From positions 4,192,001 through 4,256,000 of the forward strand of contig CBDCGL010000011.1 of assembly GCA_965216755.1 (NCBI GenBank): 64,000 bases of DNA. The letters run 5' to 3'. This document shows, in pieces, positions 39,112 to 48,915 of the stretch. The notes beneath the pieces were generated by a model. It saw nothing but the letters and a program-made list of their open reading frames with translations. It searched no databases and had not been told where the DNA came from. Origin of the DNA: Alphaproteobacteria bacterium. Lineage in GTDB: Bacteria > Pseudomonadota > Alphaproteobacteria > UBA7887. Positions within the stretch are counted from its first letter, which is position 1; every line of letters begins with the position of its first letter. The position numbers and the translations under genes are program-made.

Positions 39112-39241
39112 TTCATCAGAACACGATGTCCGTCAATCGGATTACGAAATGGTGAAGTCAAACGCGCATGTCAGGCGGCCAAGAAAGCGCGTCTAGGGCC
39201 GGTTGGCCAACTTCAGCTGTGGGACACCGTGGTCAACCGCG

Positions 39242-39512
39242 CATCGCCCGTTCGGGCGATGGCTGACGACTGTGGGGGCGGTCAACGGATCATCGCCCGT
39301 TCGGGCGATGGTTGACGACTGTGAGGGCGGTCAACGGATCATCGCCCGTTCGGGCGATGGTTGACGACTGTGAGGGCGGTCAACGGATCATCGCCCGTTC
39401 GGGCGATGGTTGACGACTGTGAGGGCGGTCAACGGATCATCGCCCGTTCGGGCGATGGTTGACGACTGTGAGGGCGGTCAACGGATCATCGCCCGTTCGG
39501 GCGATGGTTGAC
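39242..39512. repeat. Tandem array of a 49-bp palindromic REP-like unit (5.5 copies)
   Basis: Unit CATCGCCCGTTCGGGCGATGGTTGACGACTGTGAGGGCGGTCAACGGAT at 39242, 39291, 39340, 39389, 39438, partial at 39487; the first copy has two substitutions. Confidence 0.95.
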
Positions 39513-39513
39513 C

Positions 39514-40692
39514 TTAGTACCTTCGAACTGCCCCTTTGTTTTCCAATGAACCAATCACGGGGACGCCGAGCACAGCTTCGGCGACTTCCGGTCGCTCCAC
39601 GCGGTGATTGAAATACTGCCGCAAAAAGGCGATCAGTAGCGATAGGACGAAGCCGCCGATCATGGCAATCTTTATGTAAAAGATGCGCGAGTGATTGGGC
39701 CGTGCAGGCGCCGAGGCATATTCGATGATCTGCACGTTGATGAGATTTTCGGGTACTGCCTCGCGGGCACGCTCTTGCTCGTAGCGGTCTCGATAGTCCA
39801 AAAAGATCGTCTCTTGAGCACTGATCCGGACGTTCAGATCGTTGATGGTTGATTGCCGTGACTCAAGCCCGCGCAAATCGCGGTTGCGCGCAGTCAGTTC
39901 GGTTTCCTGCGCGGTGATCGAATCAGTGATGGCCGTCACACGCGGATGGTCATTGGAATAAAGCGACAAAAGCTCCGATCGTTCGGTGTTGAGCGTTGCA
40001 ATGCGATCACGAATGCGGCCCACTTCCCGAAGCAGTTCGGCCTTGGCTTCTTCGGGCGAGGTCACCGAATGTTCGGCCATATAATCCGACAGCAACTGCC
40101 GCAGCCGATCCAATTCGATCGAGGCCTCCTCCAGCTTGGTCTCGAAATATTTGCTTGCGCCGCGCGAGTTCACCAACGAGCTGCGATAAGCGATATACGA
40201 CTCCGTCACCGCATTGACGATTAGCATGGCCAAGTTCGGATCACGACTGCCATAAGAAATTGTCATGATGTTCGAATCGACGATGGGTTTGATCTTGATA
40301 TCGTCGGTGAGATTCTCAATCCAGGCTTCGCGCGGCGGCACGGCCGTACGCAAGCCCAAGCGTTCCATGAGTGACGGCTTCTCGGCGCCCAACGGGTTGC
40401 CGCTGTCACCGGCATTCTGTGGAATGAATTCATCGACAACGGCTTCGATCACCGGTCGCGACCGAACAATCTCGATCTCGGTGTTCATGGCTTCAGCCAT
40501 TTCCGGAACGGTCGTCAGTGGCCCGGTGATAATCGGTGCTTTGGTCCGTTCAACCAAAACCGTGCCGCTGGCGATATAGGCGGGCGGCCTGAAATAGGTC
40601 AGTACGGTTACGATCGCGACCACAAACACCCACCAGCCGAGGATGCTGCTCTTATAGCGAAACAGAAACCATAGAATGTCGCGTTTGGTCAT
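39514..40692 (-). CDS. Polysaccharide co-polymerase (Wzz/GumC family), no kinase domain
   Basis: N- and C-terminal TMs, TEIEIVRSRPV, SNIMTISY, YSNDHPRV, coiled coil. Confidence 0.85.
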   Translation of the reverse strand: MTKRDILWFLFRYKSSILGWWVFVVAIVTVLTYFRPPAYIASGTVLVERTKAPIITGPLTTVPEMAEAMNTEIEIVRSRPVIEAVVDEFIPQNAGDSGNPLGAEKPSLMERLGLRTAVPPREAWIENLTDDIKIKPIVDSNIMTISYGSRDPNLAMLIVNAVTESYIAYRSSLVNSRGASKYFETKLEEASIELDRLRQLLSDYMAEHSVTSPEEAKAELLREVGRIRDRIATLNTERSELLSLYSNDHPRVTAITDSITAQETELTARNRDLRGLESRQSTINDLNVRISAQETIFLDYRDRYEQERAREAVPENLINVQIIEYASAPARPNHSRIFYIKIAMIGGFVLSLLIAFLRQYFNHRVERPEVAEAVLGVPVIGSLENKGAVRRY

Positions 40693-40784
40693 CGTGTCAG
40701 CTCTGGCTGTTTGTGCTTGCCTAAATCGAATTTACGGCATCGCCAATTCCGTCGTCTCGCTCGGCGCGGCGTTCTATTTGGCCA

Positions 40785-42005
40785 TCAATAGAAAAAACTC
40801 GGAATTGGGAAATCTCTCTTGTTCAAAACCACACTGCTCAACGTCAGCGTGGCGTTGCTCAGCTCGTCGCGTAGCCGCTCGATCGCTTGGACGGTCGTGC
40901 GTTGGGTATCGATCACCAAAATCACCTGTGTTGAAACACTGGCCCAACGATAAGGCGTGTCCGTGCTTAGGGCGCCTGCATCCACAACAACAACGTCATA
41001 GCGATTGCGTAAGTTCTCAAATGTATCCGACCAACCGTTTTCATAAGGAAAGCGGCCGTCCGCGCCATTGGCCAACGCCATCGCGTCGACGCCCCAATTG
41101 TCGATTTTAATGACGTTATCGTCATCGACGAGATTCGCCGGATCTTTGATCGGCGTCGGTCCACTACCCGGCAAACGCTGGGTCAGCCGATTGCCGTTTT
41201 CGGCCGCATCCACCAACAAGATTCGGTCGTCGCCGTTGCGTGCAAACGAGCGAGCCAGCCCACCGGCGACCGTTGACACGCCTTCGCCGGGCGTGCGGGA
41301 TGTCAGCACGATCACAATCGCGCCACGCCGCTCGCTGTAATCATTTGCCGCAGCAATTATCCGTAGCCGAATTGAATCAAAAACTTTCTCGATCCGCTGA
41401 ACGCGTCGGCTGACGCGACGCGGGCGCGACCGCTCCCGACGGCTGGGCGCAATCTTCTTGGTCCGCAGGTCAATTCCCGCTGCCGCTTCGGTGTCGCGGC
41501 TCCTTGTCGGTGTCGAAGGCACCTCGGCCACGAGTCCCTGACCGCTGCCGGGTTCGGTCGCGAACGGTTTGATCGTCGGACGTTCTGCCACCAACGGCTT
41601 GGTCGCGCGGCCATTGGGTTTTTCATCGCCCGACGCCGCAGTCGTCTTCAACTCAGGGCGCTCGGCAATCAGTGGTGTCGGTGCATCGCTACGCTGTTTT
41701 TTTTCAGGTTTCGTTTGGGAACTATCGAATTGCGCGAGAATGCGGGCAACGCGCAGATCGCCGGCTTGGCGCGATTTGTTGCAATTGGCGTGGACGAGCG
41801 CGAAGTTGGCAGGTTCGTCCTTACCGCCCTCGCGAATTGGTTCAACATGCTCGATATGCAGCGACGCGTCGTCGTTATCGGTCGCCTCGGCAACATCGAT
41901 CGGCTTGCCGCACAAATAACAGGTGCCGTTTTGGCGATTCGCTAGCCCTTGAACAAGGTCTTTGCGCTCAGATCCAGAAAGGCCTTTTAGGTACTGAGAT
42001 CCCAT
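40785..42005 (-). CDS. HNH-domain / CpsD-CapB (BY-kinase-like) fusion protein
   Basis: N-term CYLC...IEHVEP...GG...NFALVHANCN; C-term TSRTPGEGVST, ILLVDA, YDVVVVD, VVLNKR. Confidence 0.75.
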   Translation of the reverse strand: MGSQYLKGLSGSERKDLVQGLANRQNGTCYLCGKPIDVAEATDNDDASLHIEHVEPIREGGKDEPANFALVHANCNKSRQAGDLRVARILAQFDSSQTKPEKKQRSDAPTPLIAERPELKTTAASGDEKPNGRATKPLVAERPTIKPFATEPGSGQGLVAEVPSTPTRSRDTEAAAGIDLRTKKIAPSRRERSRPRRVSRRVQRIEKVFDSIRLRIIAAANDYSERRGAIVIVLTSRTPGEGVSTVAGGLARSFARNGDDRILLVDAAENGNRLTQRLPGSGPTPIKDPANLVDDDNVIKIDNWGVDAMALANGADGRFPYENGWSDTFENLRNRYDVVVVDAGALSTDTPYRWASVSTQVILVIDTQRTTVQAIERLRDELSNATLTLSSVVLNKRDFPIPSFFY

Positions 42006-42426
42006 CTGTCGCCCTTAGTCCACGCTCTTGCCGTCTTTTTTGAGCGTTTGTGTGTTCCACGCCGCAGCTTGTCGCCTCATGCCGCCATCGTTGCGGCGTG
42101 CACAAAGCGCCAGGCGCGGACGCCCCAATTCAATTTCGTCTCGGCGACAGCGATACCCCACCACCTTCGGCCGTAAGGGCTCGAAGACCGCTAACACCGG
42201 CATGTTTGCTTCTGCATATCAGAAGCTCAGCTTCGGTCGCCACGGCATAACTCTGGGCACTCCCAGTCTGTCATCCAATCGGCCCAACGATGACAAGCCG
42301 GCCCGTGCCTTCTTGCAACAGCATCCAGAGTATCGCCCAGGTTGGATGCTACCAGCAATTTGCTTGTTCTTATCGCACACCCTGCTACGCCGCACAATGA
42401 AACTAATCCGCAATAGTCCGACCAGA

Positions 42427-43458
42427 CTATGACGCCGACGGCGCGATTGGGCGGTCCAAAACCTGTGTTTGTGGGGGCCGTGATGATGTCGCCAGATGCC
42501 TTTCCCATTCCAGCGCCGTGCGCACGATATGTCCCAAATCATCATATTGTGGCTGCCAACCCAGCGTTTTCCTTATGCGGCTATTATCAGCGATAAGCGC
42601 TGGTGCATCGCCGGCGCGCCGCGCGTGTTCGTGCACCGGAAAATCGATCCCGGCTACCCGTTTCACTGCCGCAATTACCTCACGCACGCTGGCACCATGG
42701 CCGTAGCCACAGTTTAAAACTGCCGAATCACCGCCCCGGTCCAAATATTCCAAAGCATCAACATGGGCCTGCGCCAAGTCGTCGACATGAATATAGTCGC
42801 GAATACAAGTGCCGTCGGGCGTATCATAATCGGTGCCAAAAATAGCCATGTTCGGTCGTTTTCCGACAGCCACCTCGCACGCCACTTTGATCAGATGGGT
42901 CGCGTCGGCGGTTGCTTGCCCAACTCGGCCCATGGCATCCGCGCCGGCCACGTTGAAATAGCGCAAACTGATGAAGCGCAGCGCGGTCGCCGCAGCCAGA
43001 TCCATGATCATCCGTTCGCTCATCATTTTCGAGGCGCCATATGGGTTGATCGGCTGTAGCAGGGTATCTTCATCGATCAGTGAGGCCTCGGGTATGCCGT
43101 AGACGGCTGCGGTCGACGAGAACACGATCTTGCCGATCCCAAATCGGTCGCACAGGCGCAGCAGAGCCAAAGTATTGGCCGTATTGTTGTTGTAATATTT
43201 CAGTGGATCGCGAACCGATTCCGGCACGACGATATGGGCCGCCATGTGGCAGACGGCATCGAAACTCTGCGCGTCCAGCAGCTTCCCAAGGCGGGTCGCA
43301 TCGGCAATGTCACCCTCCACCAGGGTGCCTTGGGTCACCGCCCAAGCGTGCCCGGTCGAAAGATTGTCATAAGTGACGACTTCATGCCCGGCCTCTGCCA
43401 GACGAATGAGAATGTGGCTGCCGATATAGCCCGCGCCGCCGGTCACCAAAATACGCAT
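42427..43458 (-). CDS. galE: UDP-glucose 4-epimerase
   Basis: TGGAGYIGSH, FSSTAAVYG, PYGASK, LRYFNVAGA, DGTCIRDYIHV. Confidence 0.95.
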   Translation of the reverse strand: MRILVTGGAGYIGSHILIRLAEAGHEVVTYDNLSTGHAWAVTQGTLVEGDIADATRLGKLLDAQSFDAVCHMAAHIVVPESVRDPLKYYNNNTANTLALLRLCDRFGIGKIVFSSTAAVYGIPEASLIDEDTLLQPINPYGASKMMSERMIMDLAAATALRFISLRYFNVAGADAMGRVGQATADATHLIKVACEVAVGKRPNMAIFGTDYDTPDGTCIRDYIHVDDLAQAHVDALEYLDRGGDSAVLNCGYGHGASVREVIAAVKRVAGIDFPVHEHARRAGDAPALIADNSRIRKTLGWQPQYDDLGHIVRTALEWERHLATSSRPPQTQVLDRPIAPSAS

Positions 43459-43497
43459 GTCGCTATTCTCCGAAGACTTCTTTCGGCCCTGTTTGAC

Positions 43498-44679
43498 TTA
43501 GCGCGTGCGCCAAGCGGCGATCAGATCGCGCGCAGCGTTTTCCATTCGAAACGCCAATTTCGATCGCTGTAAAGTGAGCGCCGATCGGTATTCCTGGTCG
43601 GTGGCCAACCGCCGTTTATGAAACGTGTCTCCGTGCAGAAAATCGACAACCGCTGCGCCCGTGTGTAAGCCATGCACAATACCCAAATAGTCGCATAGCA
43701 AGCCGATGCTGACATCCTTGTGCGGGCTTCGCATAAGCCCCCACTGGTAACAGTAAATGCGACGGTCAAAGACGAAATTGTAAATGTAACCAATGGGTTT
43801 GGGCCCGGCACGTACACGCAAAAGCTGAATCTCACCTGCCGCGAAGCGCCGATTGACGAGATCAGCGTGGAATTGGCGAAACCAGGGGGATTCGAGCGAC
43901 GTCGAAAAGCCCCGATCTTGCCAATCCGCCAAATGAAGGTTCGCAAGTTCCGACAGATAGGTCTGCGCCTCGGGCAAGGTCGCGGCCGTGTCGATGCTGA
44001 GGGCGCCATTCTGTTCGACCATCTTCCGCGATTTGCGCAGATGACGGCGCGTCTTCTTGCCCAAAAGCGCCTCAAAATCGCCACCCGACGCGCGCACTTT
44101 GTCGAGGTCGACGATGTGGCTCGTCAGGTCGCGGGATACCAGGCCAGGCGCCTGCAACGCTGCGGCGTGTTGGACATAGTGGGGCGCCACGCCTGACAAC
44201 TGGATCTCGTCCCATTCGCCTTGTTGTAGGCCTGCCACCAGCCGCGTAATGGCGGCCCGCTCAATCGTCAGAGCGCCGACGTCTTGGGTCAGAAAGCCGT
44301 TATGCTCGATGGTTAGACGGTCGTACGGCATCGTCCCCGTCTCATGAAGATGGAGGCGACGAGACGAGATCAAACTGCGGCGCCGCAGGCGTTTTTCAAC
44401 AAGGATTCCCAGACCGACGGTCCGGTCCCGGTGATGCACACGCAAAACCAGCAGTCGCAACGCGGCCGGAATGTGTGCCAGCCAGCATTCGATCCAACTC
44501 CAGGACTGGAAAAAGCTGGGTTGGCCCTGGCATTGCAAGTTCTGCCAAGAATTGGCCAAGTCGCCAACATCCGTCAGCGGCATCAGCTCAGCATGCAGCT
44601 CATCCAGCGCAATAGTGGCCGGCCTGCTATCCGCTTGGGTGGTATCTCTTAGAACTGTGTTCGTATTCGAAACCATCAT
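43498..44679 (-). CDS. GNAT acyltransferase, CelD/BcsL family
   Basis: FFQSWSW, LGKKTRRHLRK, DFLHGD..HKRRLA; polysaccharide-cluster context. Confidence 0.8.
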   Translation of the reverse strand: MMVSNTNTVLRDTTQADSRPATIALDELHAELMPLTDVGDLANSWQNLQCQGQPSFFQSWSWIECWLAHIPAALRLLVLRVHHRDRTVGLGILVEKRLRRRSLISSRRLHLHETGTMPYDRLTIEHNGFLTQDVGALTIERAAITRLVAGLQQGEWDEIQLSGVAPHYVQHAAALQAPGLVSRDLTSHIVDLDKVRASGGDFEALLGKKTRRHLRKSRKMVEQNGALSIDTAATLPEAQTYLSELANLHLADWQDRGFSTSLESPWFRQFHADLVNRRFAAGEIQLLRVRAGPKPIGYIYNFVFDRRIYCYQWGLMRSPHKDVSIGLLCDYLGIVHGLHTGAAVVDFLHGDTFHKRRLATDQEYRSALTLQRSKLAFRMENAARDLIAAWRTR

Positions 44680-44935
44680 ATTAGATAATGGGGTCGCCGC
44701 TTGGCGCGGACGAGCCGCCGCGGTGCTTGGAATACCTGATGTTGTTAGTCCCCAACGGGGTCAGTGTCTGACGAGTGACGTAATATGGCAAGAGCCCTTG
44801 CCACGAACGCGCCCGTTATGGGCCATTTTGGGCGGCGTGGTGTGCTGAGCCAGGCCCCGACCGCAGTTTGCGACTTGGCCTTGGATGGCCGCGTGCGGTG
44901 TCAGTTAACTTTTTGAAATGATTGCGATTTGACCG

Positions 44936-44970
44936 AAAAATAAGGTCCGGCACAGTTGCTGTGCCGGACC
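44936..44970 (-). terminator. Rho-independent terminator after the export lipoprotein gene
   Basis: 12-bp stem GGTCCGGCACAG/CTGTGCCGGACC then TTATTTTT on the minus strand. Confidence 0.8.
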
Positions 44971-44995
44971 CATATGATGAAGCCGTTTGTTCGGT

Positions 44996-46018
44996 CTAGT
45001 CGTTTAAGTCATAGGTCAAGCCGAAGCCGGCGTTGAGGCTGAACGGCAGCATGTTCTTGATGTACTGCTCGATCCACAGATTCGCCTCGGCGATGCCGGA
45101 CGGCGGAACCACAACGATATCTTGCGGTATCAACTGAAAACTGGCGCCGTTCGGCGTGCCGCCGTCCGGCGACTTGCGCAAATTGAAACGCCAGTGGCTG
45201 TGCGTGCCGTCGTTGTTGAAACGTATTACCCGTACATCGCGGGGCGACGCCGTTGGCAAATAGCCCCCGGCGGCAGCGATGGCCATAAACGGATTGAAGG
45301 GGCGCGTATATTCGACGCCAATCGGGTTGACCACTTCGCCAACCACGTAGACCAGAGGAATGGCGCGCTCGGTGAGATTGACTGTCGCCTCGACCCGGCC
45401 GCCAAATTCACGTTCATAGGCGCTTCGCACGTCGGTCTGAACGTCGACGAGCGCCCTGTTGGCCATAATCGGGTCGATATAGGGCAGGGACAACATGCCC
45501 GAATCGGAGACCACAACGCTAAGCGGCAAATTGCCAAATCCCGAATCCAAGCCCATCAAACGCTCAAGCCGGCGATCGCCCTGTTCCACGACAACTGCGA
45601 CCTGTGACGTGCGAATCCCCCGGCTCCGGTAGGCGCTGGCCAGGTCTCGGCCAAGCGCATCGACCGATTTGCCGGCCGCCCGCACGCTGCCGACAACCGG
45701 CAGTGATATGTGCCCGTCTGGCAGGACAACGATGCCCGTGGTAGTCAGATTGTCGTGCTCCGCGACGCTGACCGCGAGCACGTCATATACGTTGATGAGA
45801 TAGCGCTGAGTCTCGACCTCGGTGTTGCGGTAATAGCGCACTTCCAGCCGGTCGCCGGGTCTGAGATTAAGCGACTGTGCGGCAGCATCATTGGCCGCCA
45901 TGGCTGATTCCGGAGAGCTCGCCGCGCCGCGTGGCGCCGGCGGATAAGCCTTAGTGGCGCAAGCCCCTAATAGCAAGGCTGAACATAAGGCTATCGCCTT
46001 GATTGTAAAGGAATGCAT
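44996..46018 (-). CDS. Polysaccharide biosynthesis/export lipoprotein (Wza-like, SLBB)
   Basis: Lipobox LGAC, VLPDGHISLPVVGSVRAAG, VYVVGEV, AIAAAGG, DIVVVP. Confidence 0.88.
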   Translation of the reverse strand: MHSFTIKAIALCSALLLGACATKAYPPAPRGAASSPESAMAANDAAAQSLNLRPGDRLEVRYYRNTEVETQRYLINVYDVLAVSVAEHDNLTTTGIVVLPDGHISLPVVGSVRAAGKSVDALGRDLASAYRSRGIRTSQVAVVVEQGDRRLERLMGLDSGFGNLPLSVVVSDSGMLSLPYIDPIMANRALVDVQTDVRSAYEREFGGRVEATVNLTERAIPLVYVVGEVVNPIGVEYTRPFNPFMAIAAAGGYLPTASPRDVRVIRFNNDGTHSHWRFNLRKSPDGGTPNGASFQLIPQDIVVVPPSGIAEANLWIEQYIKNMLPFSLNAGFGLTYDLND

Positions 46019-46810
46019 GGATACTCCGTCCGTTCCGACTACGTAACTGCGTCAAATTCCGGCAGACTCGCCGCAACGGCAACACCGTTGACGAAAGCAC
46101 TTTGCGCTAACCGGAAACATGGTCCCCAAGAAAGAACGATACCGTGAAGGGTGAGTGTAGGCACGCAACGCGCCCGCGGCCAAGCCCTGTCGCGTTCTTT
46201 GCACGCGATGCTAGGGTGTGACGCGAATGCCGCAGCCAATATAGACGGAAATTCCCGCATACCTTCCCTGTTCGCCGTAAGTGGCCAACCTACCCCTCTT
46301 TTGTATCAACGGCGCCGTCCGATCGCTTGCAGCGATTCCCTAGACAATCACCGTGTCCAGCCTTGTTTCGGCTAGATCACAGATAACTTAACATTAACAA
46401 GCTTTTGTGTCACCCTTGTCCAATGTCGCCGGGTCCTTATCAAGGGTTCGTCGATGCCGCGCACCGGATCCCGGTACGGACAATTGGTGAATCGCAGGAT
46501 TAGCTATGGTGCCGATGACGACATCGCGCGCATGCCGGCTGTCGGTTCAACTGTGCCATTCGCGCCGCACTCTGCGCCGTCTCCTCCCATCCTCGCCGAT
46601 CATTTTGTCACGCAATTATCACAACACGAGCGACGCAAGCAGGCGAATCATTTTGTTAGACGCGGGTAGCGATTCGAAACACAGTCGCTCATGAGGGGCG
46701 ACACGAGCAGCGGGCGCGAAAGACCGAAAGGGGTAGGCCGGTCGCGAATGCCCATAGGCGGTGTTTAGGTCGTGGCAAGCGTGATTGCTGGTTGATTTGA
46801 GAGAAATCCT

Positions 46811-46939
46811 GTGACTTTCGAAATTCCTGGCCGCTTGTGCAGCGAGCAAGTGAAAGCGTCCACGACGATTGTTCTGATGGTCGTGGCAAGCGCTGCGATT
46901 TGGTCGGCCCTGGTCGTGATTGGCGCGATCATTTTCTAA
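46811..46939 (+). CDS. Putative small single-TM protein (42 aa, or 29 aa from GTG 46850)
   Basis: MTFEIPGRLCSEQVKASTTIVLMVVASAAIWSALVVIGAIIF; below the ORF-track cutoff. Confidence 0.45.
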   Translation: MTFEIPGRLCSEQVKASTTIVLMVVASAAIWSALVVIGAIIF

Positions 46940-47123
46940 CGCAATTGCCGACGTTGAAACGTACCGCTTGAGAGTCTGTTCGCCGAAGCGAAGCAGTCAT
47001 TTATCCGGCTTCGCGAACGAGCTTGCGTGGGCGCGGCGCGTCTGAAGATCGCGATCCGGCAGCCGTGTAGAATGCGCCAAAGAGCGGGCGCACAATGTCG
47101 GCGCACAGTCTACCGCAAATCGT

Positions 47124-48659
47124 TTAGCCGTTCGGCGGATTTCGGTCACCGTCACTGGGTGCGCTCTTGTGCGTGGCGAGCCAAGTGCGGGCTTGGCTTT
47201 GGGCACTGTCGCGCTGGGCGGCCGACAACAGCGGTGCGCTCTTGGCGATATTCCGAGTGGCGCGGTTGCGCACCGCGCTGAGGTCGTCAGCCAGCGCGGC
47301 GGCGATATGCCACCATTTGTTCGCGCGCACGGTGTCTTGTGCGACGCCATGGCCCTTCAAGTACAAGACGCCAAGATTATGCTGCGATTCGACATGACCT
47401 TGCTCGGCGGCACGACGATACAGTCGGGCAGCGGCCCGATAGTCTTGGCCAACGCCTTGACCAAGATAGTAGAGTGTGGCGAGCGCGTGCTCGGCCTGCG
47501 GAAGGCCCACGTTCGCGGCGCGTTGGAACCATTGCGCGGCGACACTTGGATCGGCTGGAACACCCTGGCCATTTTCATAGAGCCCGCCGAGATTGTATTG
47601 GGCGATAGCCGATCCTTGTTCGGCGGCTTGGCGATACCAAAACGCCGCCGCGGCGAGGTCCCGGTCGACGCCATGTCCCAACGCATGCATGACGCCGAGA
47701 AAGTTTTGCGCGGTCGGATCACCGTCCTGCGCGAGCAACTCAAAAGCGCGGATCGCGCGGCCATGGTCTTGGGAATGATAGGCCGCGAAAGCATCGTCAA
47801 GGCCCTTGTCCCGGTCCTCTTTGCCCTTTGCGCCCCGGCCCGGCCCAGGTCCAGCGACCGCTGCCCCAGTCGCAGGCAAAGGCGACGAAGACGTCGTAGC
47901 GCCGTGCGTTGCCGTGACGGCGACGGCGTTGTCCGGTAAAGCCAGCACGCACGCGGCGCCGCGCGTCTTGAGTTGTGCGCAAATATGGCGTGCGCGCCGC
48001 TCATCGAGCGGCCCGGCGCGAACCCTGTGAATCTGGAAATTATTCGAGATCCCGTCACGCACGAATGTCTCGATTCCGGCGAACAGGTCGGCGTGCTTTT
48101 CCACCAATCCGCGTCGCAGATTTTCTGCTGGCGCGCGACCTGATCTGAATGCGCCCAATTGGATTTCGTAGCGCGGTGCCGCACGCGGCTGCGGCGGCGG
48201 TTCTTTCAGGCTTGGTCGTTCGGCCGGGACAGAACTGGACCGGGCAATCGTCGGCATTTGCCGGGCGTGCTGTGGCAAATTTCCTGGCGTCGGGATCGCG
48301 GGCGGCGCGGCGATCGAGTTCTTGCGGATACGCGTCCGTTGGAGCAAGTCAAGGACGTTGCGATGGCCCCACACGGCGGCCATCGTGGCAGGTGTCTCAC
48401 CAAATTGGTTGGTCGCTTCGACTTCGGCGCCATGGGCAATCAAGATGCCGACAATTTCGGTAAAGCCACTGGACGCTGCGACGTGCAAGGGCGTGTTGCC
48501 GTCGTGGCTCCGTGAGTCGACCGGGAGCCCAGCGCTGATAAGTTCGCGCACCCGGTCGGCATCGCCGGCGCGGGCGGCATCATGCAACGGGCCGGCTCGC
48601 GCCGCCGAAATCGTCAGTATGATTACCCACAGAAAGATGCCGTACCGAATCATTCGCAC
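47124..48659 (-). CDS. Exported ankyrin-repeat + SPOR-like + Sel1-repeat protein
   Basis: GNTPLHVAA ankyrin; YEIQLGAF...HRVRAGPL...AC SPOR; four Sel1 repeats. Confidence 0.85.
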   Translation of the reverse strand: MRMIRYGIFLWVIILTISAARAGPLHDAARAGDADRVRELISAGLPVDSRSHDGNTPLHVAASSGFTEIVGILIAHGAEVEATNQFGETPATMAAVWGHRNVLDLLQRTRIRKNSIAAPPAIPTPGNLPQHARQMPTIARSSSVPAERPSLKEPPPQPRAAPRYEIQLGAFRSGRAPAENLRRGLVEKHADLFAGIETFVRDGISNNFQIHRVRAGPLDERRARHICAQLKTRGAACVLALPDNAVAVTATHGATTSSSPLPATGAAVAGPGPGRGAKGKEDRDKGLDDAFAAYHSQDHGRAIRAFELLAQDGDPTAQNFLGVMHALGHGVDRDLAAAAFWYRQAAEQGSAIAQYNLGGLYENGQGVPADPSVAAQWFQRAANVGLPQAEHALATLYYLGQGVGQDYRAAARLYRRAAEQGHVESQHNLGVLYLKGHGVAQDTVRANKWWHIAAALADDLSAVRNRATRNIAKSAPLLSAAQRDSAQSQARTWLATHKSAPSDGDRNPPNG

Positions 48660-48844
48660 TGTTGCTTCAGGGCGCCCGGCGCACTTTGTGGCGGATTGCT
48701 GTCCTTGGCAAGCGCAACCATTTGCACACGCAGCAAATAGTTCTTGGTGCTGTCATCAGCCGAATCGGTGGTGGCGGTCGGGACGTAATGCCATGCGTCC
48801 GAAGTCATTGCGACTTTGTCGGATTATTGGTAAGAAAAACCTGC

Positions 48845-48915
48845 AAAAAAAAGCCGCGCCACGAAGGTGCGGCGCGGCCCGAGGGAGGGAGGAAAAGCCC
48901 GATTGGGCAAGCATG
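48845..48915 (-). ncRNA. suhB/MmgR (alpha-r8)-like small RNA
   Basis: Minus strand: GCCC-AAUC-GGGC hairpin, UUUUCCUCCCU core, terminator GCCGCGCC...GGCGCGGC-U8; 5' end uncertain. Confidence 0.65.

Noticed and set aside
39242-39512. CRISPR array
   Set aside because: The segments between palindromes are identical rather than unique spacers, and no cas genes are present.
42015-42426. Small ORFs between galE and the HNH fusion
   Set aside because: No recognisable motif, RBS or coding-like composition.
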